Source: the human T2T-CHM13v2.0 reference genome, Homo sapiens. From it: a DNA stretch of 64,000 nucleotides. Positions within the stretch are counted from its first letter, which is position 1. Each line of letters opens with the position of its first letter. Positions 19,792 to 32,924 of this stretch are shown one piece after another. Location: NCBI RefSeq assembly GCF_009914755.1, contig NC_060932.1. One strand, 5' to 3'. The notes beneath the pieces were generated by a model that saw only the letters and a program-made list of their open reading frames with translations, ran no database searches and had not been told where the DNA came from. The translations under genes and the position numbers were made by a program.

Positions 19792-21316
19792 GCGAAGTGG
19801 GACAATTTGAAAATACCAGCTAAAACTTAGGTATTCTTTACCACTCCAGCAAACGGTGAGTGTGAAATGCCTGTTTTAAGGAGCTGGATTACTCTAGATT
19901 ATATGAACTCTCAAAACTCACCAGCCAGAGTTCGTCTTCAGAGCAAGCCTCCACAAAGAGAAATATATAGAAATTGAATCAAAATGGAACTGAAGAACTG
20001 GACAGAGAGAGAGAAGAGAAGGTGAAGTTAAAAGCAGAAGAAGAGAAAAGAGCCATGAAATCCTTGAAGGCAGGCTCCCATATTTTCAAACACTACTTAA
20101 AACAGCAAAAAAGGAGATGAAGTTGAAAGTGTTACCCTGAACTGTAGTATCTTCTAAAAATCTATGTAAATTAACTTTACATAAAACCAACCAATAGAAA
20201 AATGTTGAAATCATATCCTATGCAAAGTGATCATAAGAAAAAAGTGGAACAAAAAGCAGATATTAAATCCCTAGAAACAATAAAATTATAGCAGAAAGTT
20301 GTGCACAATATAAAAATTATAATTTTATATTTCAAAACAAATTAAATATCTTAAAATTATAGAAGACATTAAAGAACTATATAAATCAAAGTTAGAAAAA
20401 AACCCAGATGTGAGTTGGGAAATCTGAAGAAAATTTAAAAGAGAAATTTAAAAATATTAATATAAAAAATGAAGACTAAACTGGAAAGATACACTAGAGT
20501 GAATAAACAAAATAGAAAATACTCAGATGTTTTGTTTTAACTTCCTATTGTATGAGTTTTGGAGACCAACATAAGATAATGACTTGCCTCTGGATATGAA
20601 AGTAAAAAAACAGACACAGGCCTATGTAGTGATTTCTTACAGAACAACACAGCAGAAAGCAAATCCCTAACAAACCATGTGGACGTGGCTTTTACAGATG
20701 GTTGTCCAATCCCTGCATGCTATTGCTTGCTTATGGATGAGTGAAAGGAATAAAAATTTTAAGTTATAGCTACAGTTTCTCTACCTGTACATTCCAATAC
20801 TGACCTTGCATGGTTTCTTTGAGGGCTAAGTATGACAAAAGGATGCAGTGATTTCGAACTTAGATTTTAAAAAACAAATATGACTCTTTTGAACTGTGTG
20901 AACATAGGCACATTGCTGGATCTGAGTAATTTCATGTGCTAAGAGGGAATAATAGCATCAGCCTTAATGCTGCATTATTGCATTTAGCATTATTTCTTTC
21001 TGAAGATGAAAGAAGACAGACATCATTATATTTAACAAAGTGCCTGGCACATATAAAATAGTCAATAAATGTTATCTATCATTGCTATTATTACCTAATA
21101 CTGCGCATAGTAAGCCCTGAACCTGTTCCTGGCATGTGGAGCCATGTACTATGTTCATGACATTAAACAAAGTAGTAGCTATATAATGAATATATAAATG
21201 TGACTTTTATTATTACATCCCTGTAGTTTTGGCAAGTAGTTTACTAAAAGGAAGTTCCAATTTTGACTTAGCATGGAGTTTGTTTTTATCCTGGGCATGT
21301 TATCTACCCAGCTTAC

Positions 21317-21385
21317 CTTATTCTTCCTTTCTTCGAAACAGGAATCATGCTTGTTAATTGACTGGGATGTTGCAAGGCCTTATAT
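21317..21385 (-). other. Candidate 69-nt internal exon
   Basis: Minus strand long pyrimidine tract ending TTCTCAG and strong donor AAG|GTAAGC. Confidence 0.35.
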
Positions 21386-22269
21386 CTGAGAAGTATATCA
21401 TCAAGGAATAGAGAAGATGAGTCTTAGAGAGGAAATGGAAGCCCCTGTCAATTAGGAGAGGCAAAGGCTCTATGATACAGCATAGCCTAAGAATTTCGTT
21501 GATACAGAATTCTAAGTGTGAAACGAATGAATGGAGTGACCACTCCTCCCTACTAAAGAATCTTGTAAACACTAGTTTTAAAAGCACAAACGTATTATAT
21601 CATATACCTATGTATAATGTCATTTTGCTACTTTTCTCTTCCAACTTCTCAAATCTTTGAATGCAGGGGTTTTTGGAGTTATTCCCTGTGTATTATTTCG
21701 ACTGATATGTAATAGCTGCTCAGCGAATGTGTGTTGCTAAATAAGAGATGGAGTACAGACAAGCTGAAATTGCACATTTATGTTGCCATTGTACTGCTCA
21801 AAAAAAAAAAAAAATTAGAATTAGGGTTAAAGAGAGTGCTCAGGCCCTAGACTAGGATTTATTTGCTGTATAATAAACTTTATGCAAACAATTAACCTCC
21901 CTGCTTCTCAATTTTCTCCTCTATAAAATTGGGTTATTACAAAATTCTTTGTAACATATTATGGAGTTCAATTAGGATAAGTTAAATATTGGAAATCTGA
22001 AGCATTATGCAAATATGAGGCATTATTATAATAATTATAACAATATTGTTTTTATTCTTAATTGCTACTCTTGAGTACTCTGTTGCTCTGCAGATATCTC
22101 TCTCCCTGCCTTCCCCAGGGTGTTGGCATACCAGGATGCCTCTTTAGAAAAGAAATTGTACGATCGACCTAAGGAAACAGAATTTTCCATCCTGGCATTT
22201 GCATAAAGGCCACACATGCATAGCCATATGCTGATTTAACCAACAGCTTTCACACTTATAATCGAGTTT

Positions 22270-22680
22270 GCTACTTGTTCTGCGATATCTACTCTCCCTC
22301 TATTTCTTATTAATAGAACAAAATTTTAGTTGGGAATATGGCTACTGAGAATAAAGATTACCTTTCTCAGCTTCTTTGCGGCTAACTCTGATTATGTGTC
22401 TAAACTTTGGTGCATATTTTGGTAAACGGAAATTCTTAAAGGGAGATTCTCTACTTTCTTCCTGCTTGCTGGAATGCAAACATGATTGTTGGATTTGAGC
22501 AGCCATCTTATGCCAGGAGTTGGAAACCATGCAGGCAGATCCTGGTCATTAGCACTACAGACCTCTATACCAAACTGGATTTCTGTGAGACTCCAGAAGA
22601 AAGTAAGCAGCACAAGGAGTTTCTTCATGTATTCTTCATTTCCCACACCCCATTATACGTGCTTTTGCTGTAATCTGGAA
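22270..22680 (+). mobile_element. MLT1J-like MaLR LTR (degenerate)
   Basis: CTTCCTGCTTGCTGGAATGCAAACATGA...GCAGCCATCTT motif. Confidence 0.5.
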
Positions 22681-23087
22681 TCAGTTGTACTAATCTACTG
22701 CACATACCTAGATTCTATTGATAGTCTATTCCAGGATTGATAACTTTGAGCCCAGATAACTTGCAGTAAGATTTATAACAAGATTTCAAAAATATTCTTT
22801 CCTATACACCAAATAGTTTTGGTTAGAGAAAACAAAACTTTTGGCATAGCAACTTCATTTGTAGGAAGTTACCTTCTTAAAATTGTTTATCTGTGGACAG
22901 CTATGCTGCTATTAGTAGGGAATGGTTTCAGGCAAGAGGTTACAGAAGGATGGAGAGGGCCTGGGCTTTGGGGTTCCAGGGGTATGGAAGTCAGCAGAGC
23001 TGAGAGTAGTTCCCAACAGCCAGAGTGTCCATGGATCAAGCCCTTTTGTGAAGCTGGAGGTACCAGCGCTGGTCCAGGATGCGCAGC

Positions 23088-23949
23088 TGTAAAGTTGTGA
23101 ATATATGTATTTGGTCTTTTTCCTTGTTTGCTGGCCTACAACTCTTAAAATCCTTGGAATCTTCAAAGTGATGTGTCTTTTTGTATGCTAATGAGTTGAC
23201 TAATGGCTGGCAGCCTCTAGGTGGCTTCTGGATAAGAGCTGGTCACCAGGAAGACCAAGGCCAGATTAGAGGGTTGGGACATTCGGTCCTACTCCGCAAC
23301 CACCATGGAGACAGTCTGAAGGTTAACTTGATCACCAATGGCCAATAATTTCATCAATCATGCCAGTGTAATGAAGCCAGCATAAAAACTCAAAAGGACA
23401 GGGCTCAGAGAGTTCCATTAGCTGAACATTGGAGGTTCCCACAAGTGGCATGCCCGGAGGGGGTTATGGAAGCTTCACACCCTTTCCCCATACCTCACCC
23501 TGTGCATCTCTTCATCTGTATCTTCTGTAATATCCTTTATAATACGCCATTAAATATAAGGAAGTATTTCTCTGAGTTCTGTGAGCCACTCTACCACATT
23601 AATCGAACCCCATGGGGAAGCTGAGTAAAGTTTCAAGTGGAGTAAAATTGCTGATACCGTGACCATCAGGTCAATGTTGCTGGAAGCACAGGTAAAACAA
23701 CCTATGGCTTGTGATAGCCATTGAAAGTGAGGCTCAGTTTTGTGAGACTGTGTCCTTAGCCTGTGTGATCTGATACTATCTCAAGGTAAGTAAAGTCAAA
23801 ATTGAATTGAATTAGAGGGCACCCAGCTGGTATCCACTGCAGAAGTGATTGCTTGTTTGTTGGTTGGGAGAAATTCCCACACATCTGGTGTCAAAAGCAT
23901 GTTGTGAGAGTATGGTGGGAGAGACAACAGTTTATTTTTTCTCCACAGA
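23088..23949 (+). mobile_element. MER21 (B-like) solo LTR
   Basis: TGTAAAGTTGTGAATATATGTATTTGGTC...AAAATCCTTGGAATC...GATTAGAGGGTTGGGAC; ends ...TTTTTCTCCACA. Confidence 0.8.
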
Positions 23950-25427
23950 ACAGCTCATTCTACTTGGCCACACAAAGTAGAGAAGAGATTGTGTCCATGG
24001 GAGAGGAGGTCCAAATTGAGAGAAAGCTGGGGCAGGAGCACCCCTGATTTCTTTCTGTTTCTGACTCCCAGTAATAGGTACTAACAAGATGACTGCTAAG
24101 TAACAATTGCTTTTAATGGAATAACATAATTGTAGGCCCTGTTCTGTTGCTGACTTGGGCAAGTCATTTTACTTTTCTAGGGCTCAGTCTTCCAATCCCT
24201 ATAATGGAACTGAAAATAACATTTACTTCTAGGATGGTATTAGGATGGAATAAGATAATGCATTAAAATATACTTTAAACCTCTAAAATCCTGTATATGT
24301 TTACATGGTTTAAATAAAGAGAATTTGTCTATATATTTCTGTGTTTAAAATATGCAAAGGTACTAACATTTTTGTGTCTATGGAGCAGTATTCATTTTTT
24401 GCACTGTGTAATGGTTATAATTCATTTCATTTCCAGAGACAGGAAACCTAGTAATTTAAGTTAAAGAGACAGTGTCTTATAATGATGTAGAGCAATTAAG
24501 CGAAAGCTAAGAGAAGTATCTGGAACCAGAGACAAGTCTGTCCTCAAGACCTCCTTTTTATCCTCATGCTTCTCTTCGTATCTCTGTCTTCTCTTTCACT
24601 TTTTTTTTTTTTTTTTTTCAAATTTCTTTCCTTTCCTTCTCTGGTCCAAATGGTGAAAAATATAGCTAATCCAGTGGTTTCCATTTTTATATTTTATCTC
24701 TTACAATCCGCAAGATATACATTTCAATTTTAAAGCTGAATTGAATAAAAATTTGATGACTGAATTTGGAACAAGTGCCTACTCCTAAACAAATCAACTC
24801 TGGGATCAAGTAACATTGCTGATACCATGACCATCATGTCAATATTGTCAATGAATGGGTCATTCCCAGAAAAAGAGGGACCCTGCTACTGTGTTGACAA
24901 AATAATAGGAACTCATTAAATATGTAACTTTTTTTGTGCACTAAAATGGTTAAATTTGGTGGTATAATTATATGTTTATTCCCTGGGACTCAATATACTT
25001 AAAAAATTACTACTAGCCAAATTTAATTACAATGTGAGTCCTCAAAACAATGTTCAAATCCAGATTAAAAAATCATTGTTAAATTAAGATTTAATTCGTA
25101 TGACAAAAAATTAGCCCTTTTAAAGTGAACAGTTCAGTGACATCTAGTACACTCAAAGATGTTGTGTAACCATAACCTCTATCTAATTCCAAAACATTTT
25201 CATCACTCCAAAATAAAACCCTGTAAGCATTACCAAGTTAATTGCCATTTCTTCCTACTTTCTGTTTTTATGGATTTATCTACTGTGGATATTTTATTTA
25301 AATAGAATCATACAATATATGACCTTGTGTCTGGCTTTTTTTTATTTACCTTTATATTTTCAAGATTCACCCATTTTGTAGCATGCATAAATACTTTATG
25401 ACTTTTTATGAATGAATATTTCATTAT

Positions 25428-25497
25428 GCGTGTGTGTGTGTGTGTATTGTTTCTCAGTGTGCATATGTGTGTGTGTGTGTGTGTGTGTGTCTGTGTA
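25428..25497. repeat. Compound (TG)n microsatellite
   Basis: Two TG runs, each followed by TATTGTTTCT. Confidence 0.9.
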
Positions 25498-26949
25498 TTG
25501 TTTCTTCATTCCATTCATTGATGGACATTTGAGTTGATTCCAACTTTTGGCTATTGTAAATCATGCTGCTATAAATATGCATGTGCAAGTATTTTGTGAG
25601 TATCTGTTTTCAATTTTTTGGCTATATACCTAGAAATGAAATTGTTAGAACACATGGTAATTCTCTCTTTCCCTTTTTGAGAAACCAGTACAGTGTTTTA
25701 CAGAGTGCTTGAATGATTTTACATTCCCCGCAGCAATGTATGAAAGTTCTAATCTCTCTACATCCTTGCTAACACTTGTTGATTTTTGTGTTTCTGATTA
25801 TAGACACTTTAGTGGGTGAGAAGTATTACTGCATTGTGGCTTGGGTTTGCATTTCCATAGTAACTAATGATGTTGAGAATATTTTCATGTGGTTCTTGGC
25901 CATTTGTATATCTTTTTTAGAGAAATGTATATTTAAGTTCTTTGCCTATTTTTTAATTGGCTATTGTTTTATTGTTGTGTTTTAAGAGTTCTTTATATAT
26001 TCTGTATAGTAGACCCTTATGAGATACAAGATTTGCAAATAATTTTCTACATTCTGTAGGTTATTTTCACATTCAGATAATGTTCTTTGATGCATAAAGG
26101 TTTTAAATTTTGAAGTCCAATTTATTAATTTTTCCTTTTGTTATTCATGTTTTTGGTATGGTATCTAAGGAATCATCGTCAAATCTAAGCTGATGCAGAA
26201 TTACTCTATGTTTTCTTCTAAGAGTTTTATAGTTTTAGTTCATATATTCAGGTTGTTGACACATTTTTACCTTAATTTCTGTATATGATGTGAGATGAGT
26301 CCAATTTCATTCTCTTGCAGTTGTCATAGCATCATTTGTTAAAAAGTCTATTCTTTCTCCATTGAATGATCTAGAAATAATTGTCAAAAATCAATTGGCC
26401 ATAGATATATGGGTTTATATCTGGAGTCTCATCTCTATTCCATTAGTCAATATATCTACTCTTATGCCAGTTACACACTGTTTTGATTGCTGTATGTTTT
26501 TAGTATTTTTGAAATCAGAAAGCATGCGTCTTCCAACTTTGTTCTTATTGTTCAAGATTGTTTTGATTATTTGGGATGTTTCACAAATAAATTTGAGAAT
26601 CAACTTTTCCATTTTACAAAAAACATTGTTAGAATAGCAGTAGAGATTGCACTGAATCTGCAAATAGCTTTTGGTGGTATTGCCATCTTAACAATATTAA
26701 GTCTTTCAATCCATAAACATGGAATGTCTTTTCATTTACTTAGAACTTCTTTAATTTCTTTCAGTAATACTTTAGAGTTTCTGGTGTGCAAATCTTTCAC
26801 TTCCTTAGTTAAATTTATTTTATTTTTGGATGATATTAAAAGTAGAATTTTTAAAACATATATTTTTCTTGGACTGTTCATTGTTGGTTTTTAGAAACAG
26901 AACTGACTTTTCTGTTGATCCACTTTGCTAGATTTTTTTGTTAGCTCTA

Positions 26950-26951
<2 letters not shown>

Positions 26952-26982
<31 letters not shown>
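26952..26982. repeat. (TG)n microsatellite
   Basis: About 15 perfect TG units. Confidence 0.95.
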
Positions 26983-26985
<3 letters not shown>

Positions 26986-28298
26986 CTTTGAGATTTTATG
27001 TATGTTACTCTATCATGTCATCTTCAAATAGAGATAATTTTACTTTTTTATTTCAAATTTGGATAGCTTTTATTAATTTTTCTTGCCCAATTGTTTTGGC
27101 TAGAATTTTCAGTACAATGCTGAATTGCAGTGGTGAAAGTGGTCATCTTTGTTTTGGACCTACTGTTAGAAAGTTTTCAGGTTTTCACTATTAAGTATGA
27201 TGTTAGCTGTGACTTGACTTTTTCATAAGTCCCCTTCTTCATGTTAAGAAAATTTTCTAAGTGATTTTTTGTTATCATGAAAGGATGTTGGATTTTACAA
27301 AATGTGTTTTCTGTGTCAAGTTAGATGATCACATGCATTTTTTCTTTTTTCTATTAATATGGCATATTACATTAATTTTTTATATTGAAAAACTCTTACA
27401 TTACTGGGACAAATCCCATCTGCTTATGGCATTTAATTATTTTAATATGCTATTATAATTGGCTTGCTAGAATTTTGCTGAGAATTTTTGCATTTATATT
27501 CAAAAGATATATTAATCTCTAGTTTTATTTCCTTGTGATATCTTTGTCTGGTTTTGGTATAAGGATAATGCTGGCTTTATACAATGAATTGAGAATTGCT
27601 CCTTCATCTTCTTCTTATATATTTATTTGCCAGAGTTTGAGAAGGATTGGTGTTAATTCCTTTTTAAATATTTAGTAGAATTCACAAGTGAAGCCATCTG
27701 GTCCTAGACTTTTCTCTGTTGGGAGGTTTTTGATCATTTATTCAATTTCTTTACTTGTTATATGTCTGTTTAGATTTTTTATTTCTTCTTAAACCAGTTT
27801 TCATAATTTGTTTATTTCTAGGAATTTGCCCATTTCACTAGGTTATCTAAATTATTACTATATGGTTGCCATTGTGTTTTCTTATAATTCTTCTATTTCT
27901 GTAAGGATGATAGCAATGTCTCATTTTGGTTTTTGATTTTAGTTATTTCTGTCTTCTCTCTTCTGTTCTCAGTTTAGCTAAAGGTTTGTCAATGTTGAAA
28001 ATTTCAAATAACCAACTTTTAGGTTTGTGAATTCTGTTGTTTTTCTACTTTATTGTGCTTATATTTGCTGTACTCATTATTATTCCTCTCCTTCTAGCTT
28101 AAGTTTAGTTTGCTTTTATTTTCTAGGTTTTTGAGGTGTAAAGTTAGGTTTTTGATTTGAGATCCTTCTCCATTAATACATGCATTTAAAGTTATACATT
28201 TTCTTCTGAGCACTGCTTCACTGCATCCCATCAGTTCTTGTAGGCTGTGTATTAATGTCCATTTTTCTTTAAATATTTTGCATTTTCTTTTTGATTTC

Positions 28299-28528
28299 TT
28301 TTTTTCTTTTTTTTTTTCAACTTGTATTTTAAACACAGCTGGTACATATGCAGGTTTGTTGTATTGGAATATTGCATGATGCTGAGGTTTGGAGTATGGT
28401 GTTATGAGCATAGTACCCAAAAGGTAGTTTTTCAACCCATGTTCCTCCCTTTCTCATCCTTCTAGTAGTCTGCAGTGTTTATTATTCTCATATTTATGTC
28501 CACGTGTGATCAATGTTCAGCTCCCACT
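28299..28528 (-). mobile_element. L1PA15/16-like 3' fragment nested in the L1MB
   Basis: Poly(T) then GGTACATATGCAGGTTTGTT...GATGCTGAGGTTTGG...CAGCTCCCACT. Confidence 0.8.
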
Positions 28529-29993
28529 CCAACGATTTATGTAATGAACCACTGTCAAATAGTGGCTATTTAAGAGTGTGTTGTTTAATTTCCATGTATT
28601 TGTAAATTTTCCAGTTTTCCCTCTATTAGTGATTTCTAGCTAACTTATATTGTAGTTAAAGAAGATACTTGGTAGGATTTGAGTCTTTTTAAATTTCTTG
28701 AGACTTACTTTTTGGACCTAATGTATGGTCCACCCTGGAGAAAGTTCCACATGCACTTGAGAATAATGTGTATTCTGTTATTCTTGTGTGCAGTATTATA
28801 TTTGTCTGTTACATCTGGTTGGCTTATAGGGCTTTTCAAGTCTTCTATTTCTTTATTGAGCTTCTGTCTAAATGATTTATCATCTATGTAGATGATCTAT
28901 CATCTATCTAGATAATTTTTTTTTTACCTGGATGATATATCTATTATTAGAGTTGGAGTATTATAGAACTGCCTATTACTTTCTTCAGCTCTTTCAGTTC
29001 TTTTCAAACTTATGATTTTTTTTTTCAGTAAAGAGACCAGTTCTTTTTTTTTTAACCCAGCCTAGGACAAAGCTGAAAACAGACCAATTATTTGCGGACC
29101 TTGCCCCCATATTTCTCATTATATCACTCTAATATATTTAACATTGATTTTTTTAAAATGTGGCAATAGTTTTTGTTTTTGTTTTTGTTTTTAATTTGCC
29201 CTTATATTAAGCAAGTAGTTGTTCTTCACTGGTCGAGCTACATAACACAGGATAGCCTTTCCAGCCTTCCAAGTGGATGTATTTCTGCTCTCTATTAATT
29301 ACACTAAGTGCAGTAACATGGTCCCGCTTTTAAGCGAGGCAATTCTTAATTTACAGCTTTTCTCACCAGAAAATTCTTGCTCATGATGACTCAAAAGTAG
29401 GCCCTCAGTAAGTTGGTGTTTTAGTCCTAGCTTTAGGTTCTGGCATCACATGAAATAATCACCTTTTAAAAAAAAATTCCTTCTAAATTCTGAACTTAGG
29501 TATTACGGTATAAGCATAGCCTTTCAGGGACACAGGTGAAGAAAGTTATTGAACTGGCATGAGAAGGAACACAACAATGTCTTGTCATTAATAATCAAAA
29601 ATATTCTACCTTTATCAATGAATTCAGTTAAATACAAGATAAGCCATGTTTAGTAATAGCATTTTTCTAGGTAGTAGTAAATGAAAAATAAATAAGAAAG
29701 GTGTATGCTCTGACCTTGATAAACTCTCATTCTATTGCAGGAAACAGATAAATGACAGAGAAAAACAACACTATGTGATAAACTCTGTAATAAACTCAAT
29801 GTTTAACATGTTGCCTTGGAGATAAGGATACAATAGCAATTCTTCCAAGAGAAAGACAGTTAGAGAGAGATTTAAAGAAGAGGTCATAGTCAAGTTGGGT
29901 GATCTCAAGTTAGACAAGGAAGGAAAGGGAATGTGGGCAGAGAAATCAGCCTGCAAGAAGATATAAAAGTGGGAAAATGCTGTGTTCTTTAGG

Positions 29994-30490
29994 TGCAATA
30001 GGCAGAATAAAGACCACTGTTCCTCAAAGCTGCTCATGACCTATTGCACAAAGCCTCTGAATATGTTACCTTATATGACAAAAGGACTGTACAGATACAA
30101 TTATGATAAAAATCTTAGAACAATAAGATTATCCTGGATTTTTTGTGGACTCCATGTATTTACAAGCATCCTTATAAAATAAGAGAAAAACAGCAAGATA
30201 CGATCAGAATTGCAGAAAGATTTAAAAATGCCATGCTGCTGTCTTTGAAGAGGGGGAAGTGGGGCCATGAGCCGAAGAATTCAGTCTCCAGAGTCTAGAA
30301 AAGGAAATTAAACATATTCTCCCTTAGGGTCTCAAAAAGAAACCCAGCCCTGCCTGCACCTTGGTGTTTTTAGTCCACTGAGACTCATGATGGACTTCTG
30401 ACCTGTGGCTTAATGAAATAATTAATGTGTGTTGTTTTAAGTCACTAAGTGTGTGGCAATTTGCTATAGCAGCATTAGGAAACTAAAATA
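29994..30490 (+). mobile_element. MLT1D-like MaLR LTR within an L2 remnant
   Basis: GAATATGTTACCTTATATGACAAAAGGAC...GATTATCCTGGATT...TTTGCTATAGCAGCATTAGGAAACTAA. Confidence 0.8.
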
Positions 30491-31646
30491 GTGGGAATAA
30501 GAGGATGGCTGCAGTGTAGAATGTGCATGTGTGTGTTTATGTGTTGGAGTACAGAGGAAAGGAAGGTGAGAGATGATGGCAGAGCAACGAAAGACTGGAA
30601 TCTATTGCAAAGGAATTTGATAATATGTATGGAATTAAGCAGTCTGAAATTTTATCCTTAGAGAAAGTGATCCTGAGCATATGATCCCATGTATAGAAGC
30701 TACCATTTCATTGGCTCATTGGCCTGGTTTTGCCTGAGTTTCATATTCGGAAACTATAAATCTTATCTTTCTACCTAGATTAAACTCCAGGTACAAATCT
30801 TGGGTTGTCTTTTCACTTTGGCATCCACTATTATTCCAACACACACACACGTCCCTCATTATAGTCTCCTGAATACCATTCTTTTAGGGCTTATTGAGCA
30901 TTTTAGGGATGATAAGTGGTAATCTGTTATAAAAATAAAGCCACAATCTTTCATAAATGCTCTAAAACAAAAAAGTGTGTTTCTGTGAAAGAGATTAATG
31001 AGGAGCTCTTCATTAGATTCACTAGATAAAGGTGTCTTTAAGGTCTCTTTGCCTCTCTTCTGCCTCTAGCTTCCTGAGTCACTCACATCCTCTGTTTTTA
31101 TTTCCTCCTTCATCATTTTGGTTGGAGGAAGTGGTCAGAACTATGACAGAGGGGTCAAGAAGGTGCATTAACATTCTATCTTTATCTTCTTAACCCTAAT
31201 CCAGCTCATGTACTCATAATTCCGTTGTAAAACAGAAGCCTGGGTATATGCATGGCTAGATTCACCAATCATGTTAGTTGTTAAAGAAACTCTCAAAATA
31301 GGAAACAGACCACCAAAAATTAGGCCTGGGAGAAGAAGGAGAATATGAGGTACTAGAAGTTCTTGGAAACATGAAAAAGAGGCTTTTTGGATGTCAGCAG
31401 GGTTTCTCTGGACTTGGAATCATCCCTCTGCTGTGTATGACATTGCAAAATGCAGTAAGAGTTTCACAATCACCGTGTGGTTTGCTGTGAAGTCACTGGC
31501 GGCCTCTACTCCCGAAATCACTTCCCAATGAACACTTTGATCCTCTATGATATCAGTCTCTTGAGCCACTAATTGCTTCCAAGTGAATTTTGGCTTGCCA
31601 AGAGTCTGGGTGGTGTCTCCCATCTGATACAGTTCTTTGCACTTAC

Positions 31647-31711
31647 ATATTTGTTTGCTTCCAAATTCCTCTGAACAGTTTATGAACAGAAATCCTCCCA
31701 ACACACCCGAG
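31647..31711 (-). other. Candidate 65-nt internal exon
   Basis: Minus strand ATCTTTCAG acceptor and GTAAGT donor in unique, non-repeat sequence. Confidence 0.3.
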
Positions 31712-32924
31712 CTGAAAGATATGCAATTGTCTTGAAAATGGAGTATCAGTTCTTTCTTGCTACAGCAGCCAACTCCTGGGGAAATATACTACAGACGCAA
31801 GTTCCTAAAACTTAAGTTTTTCATCTCAAGGGAAATACATATCTACCTCTATAAATTTCAAGGTAATTGTATTAGAAAAAATGTGAGAGATGTAAAAAAA
31901 TCACTGGAGGAAGGTGGTTATATAAGTCCCAAAACTTTCAACACTCTAGAGACTTGGAATTCGTTATTTAACTATCACTATCTTTCTTCCTCATGCCTAC
32001 CTCCAACCAATGATTCTGTTAATTATGCTTCCTGAATTCTGAGTTCTCCAATATGCTGTGTTTCTTCCCACTTTTCCCTTCCTGCCCTTCTTTCTTCAAT
32101 ACCCCTCCTCTAAGATACATCACTTTTGATCTCCCCTAGAATTGTGAATAGTTTCTCAATTTCTAAACCTTCTTCTATTCATAATTTCAAGTGTCGTATT
32201 TGTATCTGTTAAATGAGCATACTAATCCTTATTTCTGGTGGTGGCTGTAAAGATTACATAAAGCAAACTTCAGTGTATCCGTGAAAACCCCTAAAGTATA
32301 TCCTGGCATATAAACTTAGCTCAGTAAATGTTTTCTTCCCTCCTAGTTTCTGAGGATCGTCTTCCCCAACTCAGTCAGCCAGACTTGCCTTTCTAAGACA
32401 GAAATTTGACTATCTCACTACACTTTAAAAAAATCAACGGCTTGTTATTGCTCAAGTGATGAAGTTCAAACTGGCATGGCAGGGTCTTTACTGACTACAG
32501 TCTGTCTTGCTGCTCCTCTCTGCTCTGACTCTCCATTTGACATCCCCATTATAATCACTGCAAGTTATTTTTAAATGTCAAACTTGCTCATTTTTCTGTG
32601 CCCTTTGCACATGCTTTTCCCTCTGCCTCTAATGACGGAAATGTCTCATTGCCTTATTTAAGGAAATGCCTCTATTTCACCACTGGTTTGCCATCTCATC
32701 CTTCTGTCTATCTTTGTAACTTCTTCACTTAGCAAATTCACTCATCTTTTAGATCTTCAAGTTAATCTCTCTTCCTAGGTCTTCTCAAAACTCTTAAGCC
32801 CTGCCAATCGCCCATTATGTTTGCAGTGTTTATTATTGCCAAGATACTTAGCACATTGAGTTATCCTTGCTGGTTTGCATTCTGAGTTTTCAACCAGACT
32901 GAGAGCTCCTGGTGCACCAGGAGC

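Larger units (their letters stand above)
25076..28990 (-). mobile_element. L1MB-type element (3'UTR and ORF2 remnant)
   Basis: L1MB-like 3' end (AAAGTGAACAGTTCAGTG...AACATTTTCATCACTCCAAAA) followed by degenerate antisense ORF2. Confidence 0.8.
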
